Source of the DNA: a bacterium
Lineage (GTDB): Bacteria > Krumholzibacteriota > Krumholzibacteriia > LZORAL124-64-63
NCBI GenBank assembly: GCA_031441465.1
Contig: JANOEP010000061.1
Coordinates: 40,683-104,682 of the forward strand
DNA length: 64,000 nt
Direction: 5' to 3'
Shown here: positions 20,190 to 28,280 of the stretch, piece by piece
Layout of the letters: each line of letters starts with the position of its first letter
How positions within the stretch are numbered: position 1 is the stretch's first letter
Program-made: the position numbers and the translations under genes
The notes under the pieces: model-generated
Databases searched by the model: none
What the model saw: the letters and a program-made list of their open reading frames with translations, nothing else
What the model was told of the DNA's origin: nothing

Positions 20190-21925
20190 TGAGCGCGACC
20201 GAGACGTTCCGCATCGAATTGAACGGGCGGCCCGCCGAGGCCCGGCGCGGCGAGACCCTGCTCGACGTCTGCCGGCACGCCGGCGTGGACGTGCCGACGC
20301 TGTGCCACCTGCCCGACCTCGCCCCGTCGGGGGCCTGCCGGCTCTGCGTGGTGGACGTGCGCGGGCGCGGGCTGGTGCCGAGCTGCTCGTGCCCGGTCGA
20401 GCCCGGCATGAGCGTGGAGACGAACTCGCAGCTCGCCACGCGTGCACGCAAGACGATCGTCGAGCTGCTGCTGGCCAACCACCCGGACGACTGCCTGTAC
20501 TGCGTGCGGCACGGGGAGTGCGAACTGCAGGATCTCGCCCAGCGCTACGGCGTGCGCGAGCGGCGGTTCGTGACGGCCAAGAACGACGACCACGTCGACA
20601 TCTCGAGCCCCTCGCTGGTGCGCGACCCGGCCAAGTGCATCCTCTGCGGCAAGTGCGTGCGCGTCTGCGAGGAGGTCATGGGGGTCGCCGCCATCGACTT
20701 CACGCGCCGCGGCAGCCGGACCCTGGTGGCGCCGGCCTTCAACCGGGGCCTGAACGTCTCGACCTGCATCAACTGCGGCCAGTGCGTGATGGTCTGCCCG
20801 ACCGGCGCCCTGCGCGAGAAGAGTCACCTGAAGGAGGTCCAGGACGCGCTCGACAACCCCGCCGTCACGGTCGTCGTGCAGCACGCGCCGGCGGTCTCGG
20901 TGAGCCTGGCCGAGGAGTTCGGCCTCGCGCCGGGCGCCGACGTCGAGGCCCTGATGGTCACGGTCCTGCGCCGGCTCGGGTTCGCCCGCGTCTTCGACAC
21001 GTCCTTCGCCGCCGACCTCACGATCATGGAGGAGGCGTCGGAGCTGGTGAGCCGCCTGAAGGGCGGCGGCCGGCTGCCGATGTTCACCAGCTGCTCGCCC
21101 GGCTGGGTCAAGTTCGTGGAGCAGTCCTACCCCGACCTGATGCCCAACCTGTCCACCTGCAAGAGCCCCCAGCAGATGATGGGCGCCGTGGTCAAGCGGG
21201 TCTGGGCCGCGCGCGAGGGGATCGACCCGCAGCGGGTCTTCAGCGTGGCGGTCATGCCGTGCATCGCCAAGAAGTTCGAGGCGCAGCGCCCCGAGATGGG
21301 CGACGCCCACGAGATTCCCGACGTCGACGCCGTGCTGACCACGCGCGAGCTGGCGCGGCTCATCCGCCTGCACGGGCTGGACCTGGCGCGGATGACCCCC
21401 GGCGCCCCCGACCTGCCCTTCGGCGAGCGCAGCACGGCCGGCAAGCTGTTCGGCGGGACCGGCGGCGTGATGGAGGCAGCCCTGCGCACGGCGCACTGGC
21501 TGGTCACGGGCCGCGAAATGTACCACCTTACCGTCGGCGCGGTCCGCGGCCTGGACGGCGTCAAGGAAGCCCGCGTGAAGCTGGACGACATCGAGCTGGG
21601 CGTCGCGGTGGTCAGCGGCCTGGGCCGGGCCCGGCGCCTGCTCGAGGAGATCCGCGCCGGCCGCGACGACCTGCACTTCATCGAGGTCATGACCTGCCCC
21701 GGCGGCTGCGTCGGCGGCGGCGGCCAGCCCCTGCGCGCCGCGTCCGGCGCGGTGCTCGAACGGCTCGAAAGCCTGTACCGGATCGACCGCAGCGAGCCGG
21801 TGCGCCTGTCGCACCGCAACCGCCACGTCCAGGAACTCTACGACGAGGTGCTGGGCGAACCGCTGGGCGCACGCAGCCACGAGCTGCTTCACACGAGCTA
21901 CCACGGCCGGGACGGAGCGGTCTGA
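20189..21925 (+). CDS. hydA: [FeFe]-hydrogenase catalytic subunit, group A3 type
   Basis: N-terminal [2Fe-2S], His-ligated [4Fe-4S] and 2x[4Fe-4S] domains. H-cluster motifs FTSCSPGW, MPCIAKKFE and EVMTCPGGCVGGGGQP; small-subunit tail SHELLHTSY. The true start is ATG 20189 (TGATG overlap). Confidence 0.95.
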   Translation: MSATETFRIELNGRPAEARRGETLLDVCRHAGVDVPTLCHLPDLAPSGACRLCVVDVRGRGLVPSCSCPVEPGMSVETNSQLATRARKTIVELLLANHPDDCLYCVRHGECELQDLAQRYGVRERRFVTAKNDDHVDISSPSLVRDPAKCILCGKCVRVCEEVMGVAAIDFTRRGSRTLVAPAFNRGLNVSTCINCGQCVMVCPTGALREKSHLKEVQDALDNPAVTVVVQHAPAVSVSLAEEFGLAPGADVEALMVTVLRRLGFARVFDTSFAADLTIMEEASELVSRLKGGGRLPMFTSCSPGWVKFVEQSYPDLMPNLSTCKSPQQMMGAVVKRVWAAREGIDPQRVFSVAVMPCIAKKFEAQRPEMGDAHEIPDVDAVLTTRELARLIRLHGLDLARMTPGAPDLPFGERSTAGKLFGGTGGVMEAALRTAHWLVTGREMYHLTVGAVRGLDGVKEARVKLDDIELGVAVVSGLGRARRLLEEIRAGRDDLHFIEVMTCPGGCVGGGGQPLRAASGAVLERLESLYRIDRSEPVRLSHRNRHVQELYDEVLGEPLGARSHELLHTSYHGRDGAV

Positions 21926-21926
21926 C

Positions 21927-23933
21927 ATGCAGATCGGACAACAACTCGTCGCCACGATCCCCGAGCGGTGCCGCCTGTGCTACACCTGCGTGCGCGACTG
22001 TCCGGCGAAGGCCATCCGCATCACGGGGGGCCAGGCCGAGGTGGTCGCCGAGCGCTGCATCGGCTGCGGCAACTGCGTCAAGGTCTGCCGCCGCAACGCC
22101 AAGCAGGTGGCCGGCTCGATCGACGACGTGCGCCGCCTGCTGGCCGGACCGCGCCCCGTCGCCGCGGCCGTCGCGCCGAGCTTCCCGGCCGAGTTCCTCG
22201 ACCTGACGCCCGGGCGGGTCGTGGGCGCCCTGCGCTCGCTCGGCTTCGACCTGGTCTGCGAGGTCGCCTTCGGCGCCGACCTGGTCGCCCGCCGCTACGC
22301 CGAGCTGATCAGCCGGCACCCCGGCCGGCGCTACATCGCGACGACCTGCCCCGCCATCGTCTCCTACGTGGAGAAGTTCGAGCCCTCGCTGGTCCCCAAC
22401 CTCGCGCCGGTGGTCTCGCCGATGGTCGCCACCGCCCGCGCCCTGCGCCAGCGCCACGGCCAGGACCTGGTCGTGGTCTTCATCGGCCCCTGCATCGCCA
22501 AGAAGGTGGAGGCGGTGCGCGAGGGGATCGCCGGCGACGTCGAGGCGGCGCTGACCTTCGTCGAGCTGCACCGCTTCCTCACCGAGGCCGGCATCGACGC
22601 GTCGGCGTGCGAGCCTTCGGAATTCGACGGACCTTCGCCGGGGCTGGGCGCCCTGTTCCCGATCAGCCGCGGCCTGCTGCAGGCGTCCGGCCTGACCGAG
22701 GACCTGCTCAGCAACGAGGTCGTGGCCGGCACCGGTCCCGACACGTTCATCGAGGCGCTCGACGAGTTCCGCGACGGCGTGCTGGACGTCCAGCTGCTCG
22801 AGCTGCTGTCGTGCAAGGGCTGCATCATGGGCGCGGGCATGACGACCAGCGCGCCGCTGTTCCGCCGGCGCACGGCGGTCAGCAGCTACGTGCGCGAACG
22901 GCTCTGGGTCCCGAGCGGCGAGCGCCGCCGCGCCGAACTGGAGGAGTTCTCCCACCTCGACCTGATGGCGGTCTACGCTCCCGCCGACACGCGCATGCCG
23001 CAGCCGTCGCCGCGCGAGCTGGCCGCGATCCTGGAGCGCCTGGGCAAGGGTGCGCCCGAGGACGAGCTGGACTGCGGCGCCTGCGGCTACCGGACCTGCC
23101 GCGAGCACGCCGTGGCCATCCACACGGGCATGGCCGAGAACGAGATGTGCCTGCCCTACACCATCGAGCGGCTCAAGGAGTCCCTCGACGAGCTGAACGT
23201 CTCCCACCGCGAACTGGCCAGCGCGCAGCAGGCGCTGATCAACGCCGAGAAGCTCGCCAGCATGGGCCAGCTGTCGGCCGGCATCGCCCACGAGGTGAAC
23301 AACCCGCTGGGCGTGGTCCTGCTCTACGCCAACATGCTGCTGGACGAGTCGCCGCCGGACTCGCCGCTGCGCGAGGACCTGACGATGATCGTGGAGCAGG
23401 CCGATCGCTGCAAGAAGGTCGTCGGCGGACTGCTGAACTTCGCCCGCAAGAGCAAAGTCGTCCGCCGCCGGGTCGACGTGCCGGCGCTGGTCGACCGCGC
23501 GCTCAAGGCGGTCATCGCGCCGCCGGGCGTGGAGGTGACCGTCGAGCACCGCCTGGAGGACCCCTACGCCGAACTCGACGGCGACCAGATCGTCCAGGTG
23601 CTGACCAACCTGGCCGTCAACGCGGTCGAGGCCATGCCCGTCGGCGGCCGCCTGCGGGTCGTCACCGAGGGCGATCCCGAGCGGGTGACGCTGCGGGTCG
23701 TCGACACCGGGACCGGCATCCCCCGCGACATCATCAAGAAGATCTTCGAACCGCTGTTCACCACCAAGCAGATCGGCAAGGGCACGGGCCTGGGGCTGGC
23801 CGTCTCCTACGGCATCGTCAAGATGCACCAGGGGCAGGTCCAGGTCTTCTCGAACGCGGATCCCCGCGAGGGACCCACGGGCACGACCTTCGTCGTGACC
23901 CTGCCGCGCGCAGCCAAGGGAGAGCCGGCATGA
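21927..23933 (+). CDS. Sensory (group C) [FeFe]-hydrogenase fused to a histidine kinase
   Basis: 2x[4Fe-4S], variant H-cluster motifs ATTCPAIV / [11 protein letters not shown] / [11 protein letters not shown], and Fe-S motif [10 protein letters not shown]...MCLP. Then HisKA ([11 protein letters not shown]) and HATPase (NAVEAM, DTGTGI, FTTK, GTGLGL). Confidence 0.9.
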   Translation: MQIGQQLVATIPERCRLCYTCVRDCPAKAIRITGGQAEVVAERCIGCGNCVKVCRRNAKQVAGSIDDVRRLLAGPRPVAAAVAPSFPAEFLDLTPGRVVGALRSLGFDLVCEVAFGADLVARRYAELISRHPGRRYIATTCPAIVSYVEKFEPSLVPNLAPVVSPMVATARALRQRHGQDLVVVFIGPCIAKKVEAVREGIAGDVEAALTFVELHRFLTEAGIDASACEPSEFDGPSPGLGALFPISRGLLQASGLTEDLLSNEVVAGTGPDTFIEALDEFRDGVLDVQLLELLSCKGCIMGAGMTTSAPLFRRRTAVSSYVRERLWVPSGERRRAELEEFSHLDLMAVYAPADTRMPQPSPRELAAILERLGKGAPEDELDCGACGYRTCREHAVAIHTGMAENEMCLPYTIERLKESLDELNVSHRELASAQQALINAEKLASMGQLSAGIAHEVNNPLGVVLLYANMLLDESPPDSPLREDLTMIVEQADRCKKVVGGLLNFARKSKVVRRRVDVPALVDRALKAVIAPPGVEVTVEHRLEDPYAELDGDQIVQVLTNLAVNAVEAMPVGGRLRVVTEGDPERVTLRVVDTGTGIPRDIIKKIFEPLFTTKQIGKGTGLGLAVSYGIVKMHQGQVQVFSNADPREGPTGTTFVVTLPRAAKGEPA

Positions 23934-24343
23934 CCACGGGACACGAGCACAACTACGCCGGGCGCACCGCCCTGATCGTCGATGACGACCCCGACGTCCT
24001 CGCGCAGCTCCGCCTGTTTCTGGAGCGCCTCGGTTTCCGGGTCGAGGCCGGCGAGAGCCAGGCCGAGGGCGAGACCCTCATCGACGGCCGGACGCCCGAC
24101 CTCTGCATCTTCGACCTGATGATGGAGAACCAGGACAGCGGCTTCGTGCTCGCCCACCGCATGAAGAAGAAGAGCCCCGGCACGCCGGTGATCCTGGTGA
24201 CCGGCGTCGCGCACGAGACGGGCTACACGTTCGACGCCTCCACCGCGGAGATGCGGCGCTGGGTGAAGGCCGACGCGGTGCTGGACAAGGACATCCGCTT
24301 CGAGCAACTGGCGGCCGAGATCGCGCGTCTGGTGCCGGCATGA
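23930..24343 (+). CDS. Stand-alone response regulator receiver
   Basis: LIVDDDPD, IFDLMME (phosphoacceptor Asp), VILVTG and VLDK. No output domain; ATGA overlaps on both sides. Confidence 0.88.
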   Translation: MTTGHEHNYAGRTALIVDDDPDVLAQLRLFLERLGFRVEAGESQAEGETLIDGRTPDLCIFDLMMENQDSGFVLAHRMKKKSPGTPVILVTGVAHETGYTFDASTAEMRRWVKADAVLDKDIRFEQLAAEIARLVPA

Positions 24344-25488
24344 CCGCCGAGACGCTGCGGGTCCTGGTCGTGGACGACGAGCCCGGCATGCGGCAGGGCG
24401 CGTCCCGCGTGCTGTCGCGCCACGCGCAGACGCTGCCGGATCTGGGCGTCGAGGTGCGCTTCGCGGTCGAGACCGCGGCCGACGCCGCCGAAGCCCTGGA
24501 CCGGCTCACGACCGCCCCCTGGGACCTCCTGCTGCTGGATTACAAGCTGCCCGACCGCACGGGGCTCGAGGTGCTCGACGAGATCCGCACCCGCGGGCTC
24601 GACGTGGTGACGGTCATGGTCACGGCCTACGCCTCGCTAGAGGTCGCCGTCAGCGCCACCAAGAACGGCGCCTTCGACTTCCTGGCCAAGCCGTTCACGC
24701 CCGACGAGCTGAAGTGCGTGGTGGAGAAGGCCGCGCGCACGGTGCTGGCGCACCGCCGCGCCCTGGCCCTGGCCGAGGAGAAGCGGCAGGTCCGCTTCCA
24801 GTTCATCCGCGTCCTGGCCCACGAGCTGAAGGCCCCGCTCGGCGTCGTGGATTCGTACCTGCGGATGGTGCAGGACCGCGCCCTGGGGGACGAACTCGCC
24901 GCCTACGACCGGCCGGTCGAGCGCGCGCTGGTGCGTATCGACGGCATGCGCCGCATGATCGTCGACCTGCTGGACCTCACGCGCCTCGAGTCGGGCCAGA
25001 AGCGGCGCGACCTCGCCACGGTCGACGTCGTGGAGGAGGCGCGCGCCGGCCTGGAGGGCGTGACCGCCGCCGCCGCCGCCCGCGGCATCGCGCTGGAACT
25101 GCACGCGCCCGCCGCCCTGCCCATGCAGGCCGACCGGGGCGAGCTGGGCATCATCTTCAACAACCTGCTGACCAACGCCGTGAAGTACAACCGCGACGGC
25201 GGCCGCGTCGACCTGACCGTGCGCCCCGCCGGGGACGGCGGCGCCGAGATCGAGGTGCGCGACACCGGCGTCGGGATGGCGCCGCCGGACGTGGCGCGAC
25301 TGTTCGGCGAGTTCGTGCGCATCAAGAACGAAAGGACCAAGGGGATCGAGGGCTCCGGCCTGGGCCTCTCGATCCTGCGCAAGCTCACCGAGCTGTACGG
25401 CGGCGCCGTGGCGGTGACCAGCGAGCCGGACGTCGGCACGACCTTCACCGTGACGCTCGCCGGCGCGCCGGCCGGGGCGGCGCCGTGA
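24340..25488 (+). CDS. Hybrid receiver-histidine kinase (REC-HisKA-HATPase)
   Basis: VLVVDDE, LLDYKLP and FLAKPF, followed by LAHELKAPL, NAVKYN, DTGVGM and GSGLGL. Confidence 0.9.
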   Translation: MTAETLRVLVVDDEPGMRQGASRVLSRHAQTLPDLGVEVRFAVETAADAAEALDRLTTAPWDLLLLDYKLPDRTGLEVLDEIRTRGLDVVTVMVTAYASLEVAVSATKNGAFDFLAKPFTPDELKCVVEKAARTVLAHRRALALAEEKRQVRFQFIRVLAHELKAPLGVVDSYLRMVQDRALGDELAAYDRPVERALVRIDGMRRMIVDLLDLTRLESGQKRRDLATVDVVEEARAGLEGVTAAAAARGIALELHAPAALPMQADRGELGIIFNNLLTNAVKYNRDGGRVDLTVRPAGDGGAEIEVRDTGVGMAPPDVARLFGEFVRIKNERTKGIEGSGLGLSILRKLTELYGGAVAVTSEPDVGTTFTVTLAGAPAGAAP

Positions 25489-26909
25489 ACTCCCGCCCGC
25501 CCGGACGCGCCCTGACCCGTGACTTCGCCGACTTCGTCGACGAGGCGGAGTTCACGCGGCTGCTGGGGGGGGAGGCCCCCGACGGCGCCCGGGTGCGCGA
25601 CGTGCTGGCCAAGAGCCTGACGAAGGAGCCCCTCGAACCAGACGAGACGGCCGTGCTGCTGCGCGCCGGCGACCCCGCGCTGGTCGAGGAGATCTTCGAC
25701 GCGGCGCGCCGGCTCAAGCGCGACGTCTACGGCCGGCGCATCGTGCTGTTCGCGCCGCTGTACATCGGCAACCTCTGCGTGAACGACTGCGGCTACTGCG
25801 CGTTCCGCGCCGGCAACCCCGACTCGGTGCGCCGCACGCTCGCGCCCGACGAGGTCGAGGCCCAGGTCGCGGCCCTCGAGCGCAGCGGGCACAAGCGCCT
25901 GATCCTGGTCTTCGGCGAGCACCCGCGCTACACTCCGGAGTTCATCGCCGACACGGTGCGGCGCGTCGCGGCGGTCCGGGCCGGCCCCGGCGAGATCCGC
26001 CGCGTCAACGTCAACGCCGCGCCCCTGGACCACGCGGGTTTCCGCACCGTCCACGAGGCGGGCATCGGCACCTACCAGGTGTTCCAGGAGACGTACCACC
26101 GGGCGACCTACGCCCGCTACCACCCGGCGCGCACCCTCAAGGGCGACTACGACTTCCGGCTGGACAGCCTGAGCCGCGCCTTCGAGGCGGGTTGCGACGA
26201 TGTGGGGATCGGCGCCCTCTTCGGGCTGACGGACTGGCGCTTCGACGTGCTGGGAATGGTGGCCCACTCCCGCCACCTGCAGGAGCGCTACGGCGTCGGC
26301 CCGCACACCCTGAGCTTCCCGCGCCTGCAGCCCGCGAGCGGCGTCGACCTCGCCGGCGCGCCCTTCGTGAGCGACGCCGACTTCAAGCGGCTGGTCGCCG
26401 TCCTGCGCCTGTCGGTGCCCTACGCCGGGATGATCCTGACCGCGCGGGAGCCGGCGACGCTGCGGCGCGAGATCCTGGGCTTCGGCGTCTCGCAGATCGA
26501 CGCCGGCTCGCGCATCGAGATCGGCGGCTACACCGAGTCCGGCGACGCCCAGGTCATGGACCGCGAGCAGTTCGCGCTGAGCGACCTGCGCCCGCTCGAC
26601 GAGGTGCTGCGCCAGCTGCTCGAGGACGACCACGTGCCCAGCTTCTGCACGGCCTGCTACCGGATGGGCCGCACCGGCGAGCACTTCATGGAGTACGCGA
26701 TCCCCGGCTTCATCGAGCGCTTCTGCACGCCCAACGCCTTGGTGACGCTGACGGAGTACCTGCAGGACTACGCGTCGCCGCCGACGCGCGAGGCCGGCCG
26801 CCGCCTGGTGGAGCGGGAACTCGCGGCCATCCCCGAGGGGTCGGCCAAGGAGGCGCTCCAGCGTCGGCTGCAGGCGACGAGGGACGGGGCGCGCGACCTG
26901 CACGAGTGA
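25485..26909 (+). CDS. hydG: [FeFe]-hydrogenase H-cluster radical SAM maturase HydG
   Basis: IVLFAPLYIGNLCVNDCGYCAF (CxxxCxxC), GIGTYQVFQETYH, GPHTLSFPR, and C-terminal PSFCTACYR...FCTPNA auxiliary-cluster motif, which distinguishes it from ThiH. Confidence 0.93.
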   Translation: MNSRPPGRALTRDFADFVDEAEFTRLLGGEAPDGARVRDVLAKSLTKEPLEPDETAVLLRAGDPALVEEIFDAARRLKRDVYGRRIVLFAPLYIGNLCVNDCGYCAFRAGNPDSVRRTLAPDEVEAQVAALERSGHKRLILVFGEHPRYTPEFIADTVRRVAAVRAGPGEIRRVNVNAAPLDHAGFRTVHEAGIGTYQVFQETYHRATYARYHPARTLKGDYDFRLDSLSRAFEAGCDDVGIGALFGLTDWRFDVLGMVAHSRHLQERYGVGPHTLSFPRLQPASGVDLAGAPFVSDADFKRLVAVLRLSVPYAGMILTAREPATLRREILGFGVSQIDAGSRIEIGGYTESGDAQVMDREQFALSDLRPLDEVLRQLLEDDHVPSFCTACYRMGRTGEHFMEYAIPGFIERFCTPNALVTLTEYLQDYASPPTREAGRRLVERELAAIPEGSAKEALQRRLQATRDGARDLHE

Positions 26910-26911
26910 AG

Positions 26912-27580
26912 CTACCTCGGCTTCGCTTCCCGCTTGTAGACCGACCGCATCGTGATCTCCTTGTCCGCCCAGGGCGGCTTGAAGGACATGAGCACCGTCA
27001 GCTCGCCGCCGTCGGCGTTCAGCTCGTAGGTCGTCGTGCGGGTCATGCCGTCCTGGCCTTCGCTGCGCACGACGATCGCGCCGCCCTCGACCTTGGCGGT
27101 CTCGAAGACCTGGCCGCGGTGGGTCCAGCGCTCGCACTTGCGGCCGTCGGTGGTGACCGACTGAGAGATGTCCATGGCGTCGGTCACGTCGAACTCCGGC
27201 CCCTCGTGGAAGATGACCAGTCGCGAACGGCCCCCGGCCATCTCGGGCGGCGCACCGGCGCCGGCGCTCTTGCCCGCCGGCTCGCCGCCGAAGCTGCCGC
27301 CGCGGCTACCCGTCTGGCCGCCGCCGCCCATGCCGGGTCCACCTCCCATGCCGGCTCCGCCACCCATGCCGGGTCCGCCTCCTTTGCCGCCGCCGGGGCG
27401 TTCGCCCGGGGACCCCGTCTTCGGCATGAGTTTGGCGGGGTCGTCGGAGCGCGCCGTGTCCAGGGTCCAGGCGCCGTTGAAACCGGAGGGCCTCGCGACC
27501 GGCTGGTCGTCCGCGGCGAGCGCCGGCGGCAAGACCAACAGGACGAGGATGGCGAGCAGCACAGTCTTGAATGAGGTCAT
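26912..27580 (-). CDS. Secreted hypothetical protein with a Gly/Met-rich insert
   Basis: Signal peptide, FNGAWTLDTARSDDP, GGGPGM repeats and a beta-rich C-terminal half. ATG follows GGAAGG. Confidence 0.7.
   Translation of the reverse strand: MTSFKTVLLAILVLLVLPPALAADDQPVARPSGFNGAWTLDTARSDDPAKLMPKTGSPGERPGGGKGGGPGMGGGAGMGGGPGMGGGGQTGSRGGSFGGEPAGKSAGAGAPPEMAGGRSRLVIFHEGPEFDVTDAMDISQSVTTDGRKCERWTHRGQVFETAKVEGGAIVVRSEGQDGMTRTTTYELNADGGELTVLMSFKPPWADKEITMRSVYKREAKPR
27327..27380. repeat. Three tandem 18-bp units encoding GGG(P/A)GM
   Basis: CCCATGCCGGGTCCACCT / CCCATGCCGGCTCCGCCA / CCCATGCCGGGTCCGCCT. Confidence 0.8.
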
Positions 27581-27731
27581 GACCGGATCCTTCCCGTGGC
27601 GTGGGGTGTGCAAGACCATACGCACGGGCGGGACGGATCCTGCGGCGGCGAGGATTCCTGGGGCGCGCCGGGCGGTCATCGGGTATGATGCCCCGGTTCG
27701 CGCGACGCCAGTCCGGGACCAGGAGGCACTC

Positions 27732-28208
27732 ATGTCCGCGACTCGCCTGCCCGCCGGCTTCCACAGCCTGACCCCGCAGCTCGCCGTCGACGGCGCCGAC
27801 CGCGCCATCGAGTATTACAAGCAGGCGTTCGGGGCGGAGTTGCAGCGCCGCCACGAGGGTCCGGGCGGGAAGGTGGTCCACGCCTTGCTGCGCATCGGCG
27901 ATTCGCTGATGATCGTCAACGACGCCTTTCCGGAATGGGGATCGCACGCGCCGTACGAGAACACGTCTCCCTGCATGATGCATCTGTACGTGGAGGACGC
28001 CGACGCGGCGTTCGCGCAGGCGGTCGCCGCCGGCGCGAAGGTGACGATGCCGGTGCAGGACACCTTCTGGGGGGACCGCCACGGCGAACTGCTCGACCCG
28101 TTCGGCCACCGCTGGGCCGTGGCCGCCTGCGTCGACGAGATGACGCCGCAGCAGCTCGAGCGCGCCGCCGAAGAGGCGATGCGGCGGATGCGGGCGGGGG
28201 ACGACTGA
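27732..28208 (+). CDS. VOC/glyoxalase family protein (PhnB-like)
   Basis: AIEYYKQAFGA, HALLRIGDS, LYVEDADA and DTFWGDRHGELLDPFGHRW. AGGAGG RBS. Confidence 0.9.
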   Translation: MSATRLPAGFHSLTPQLAVDGADRAIEYYKQAFGAELQRRHEGPGGKVVHALLRIGDSLMIVNDAFPEWGSHAPYENTSPCMMHLYVEDADAAFAQAVAAGAKVTMPVQDTFWGDRHGELLDPFGHRWAVAACVDEMTPQQLERAAEEAMRRMRAGDD

Positions 28209-28280
28209 CCTATCGGGTAATTTATTTAGAAATGATGCCGACATAGCCCCGCAGCTAGCGTCGCTGAGATAGGACTCGGT

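Noticed and set aside
17762..21925. Complex I nuoEFG as an alternative call
   Set aside because: The third gene has all three H-cluster motifs, and no other nuo genes are adjacent.
25485..26909. ThiH (thiamine synthesis) as an alternative call
   Set aside because: The C-terminal CxxC...C auxiliary-cluster motif and the hydrogenase context indicate HydG.
27327..27380. Tandem 18-bp repeats considered as CRISPR or a contingency locus
   Set aside because: No spacers and no cas genes. They are in-frame coding repeats for a Gly/Met linker.
28205..28280. AT-rich left border of the R-M locus, considered as a dif/att site
   Set aside because: No convincing XerD arm, no matching repeat at the right border and no recombinase gene. 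More likely a promoter.
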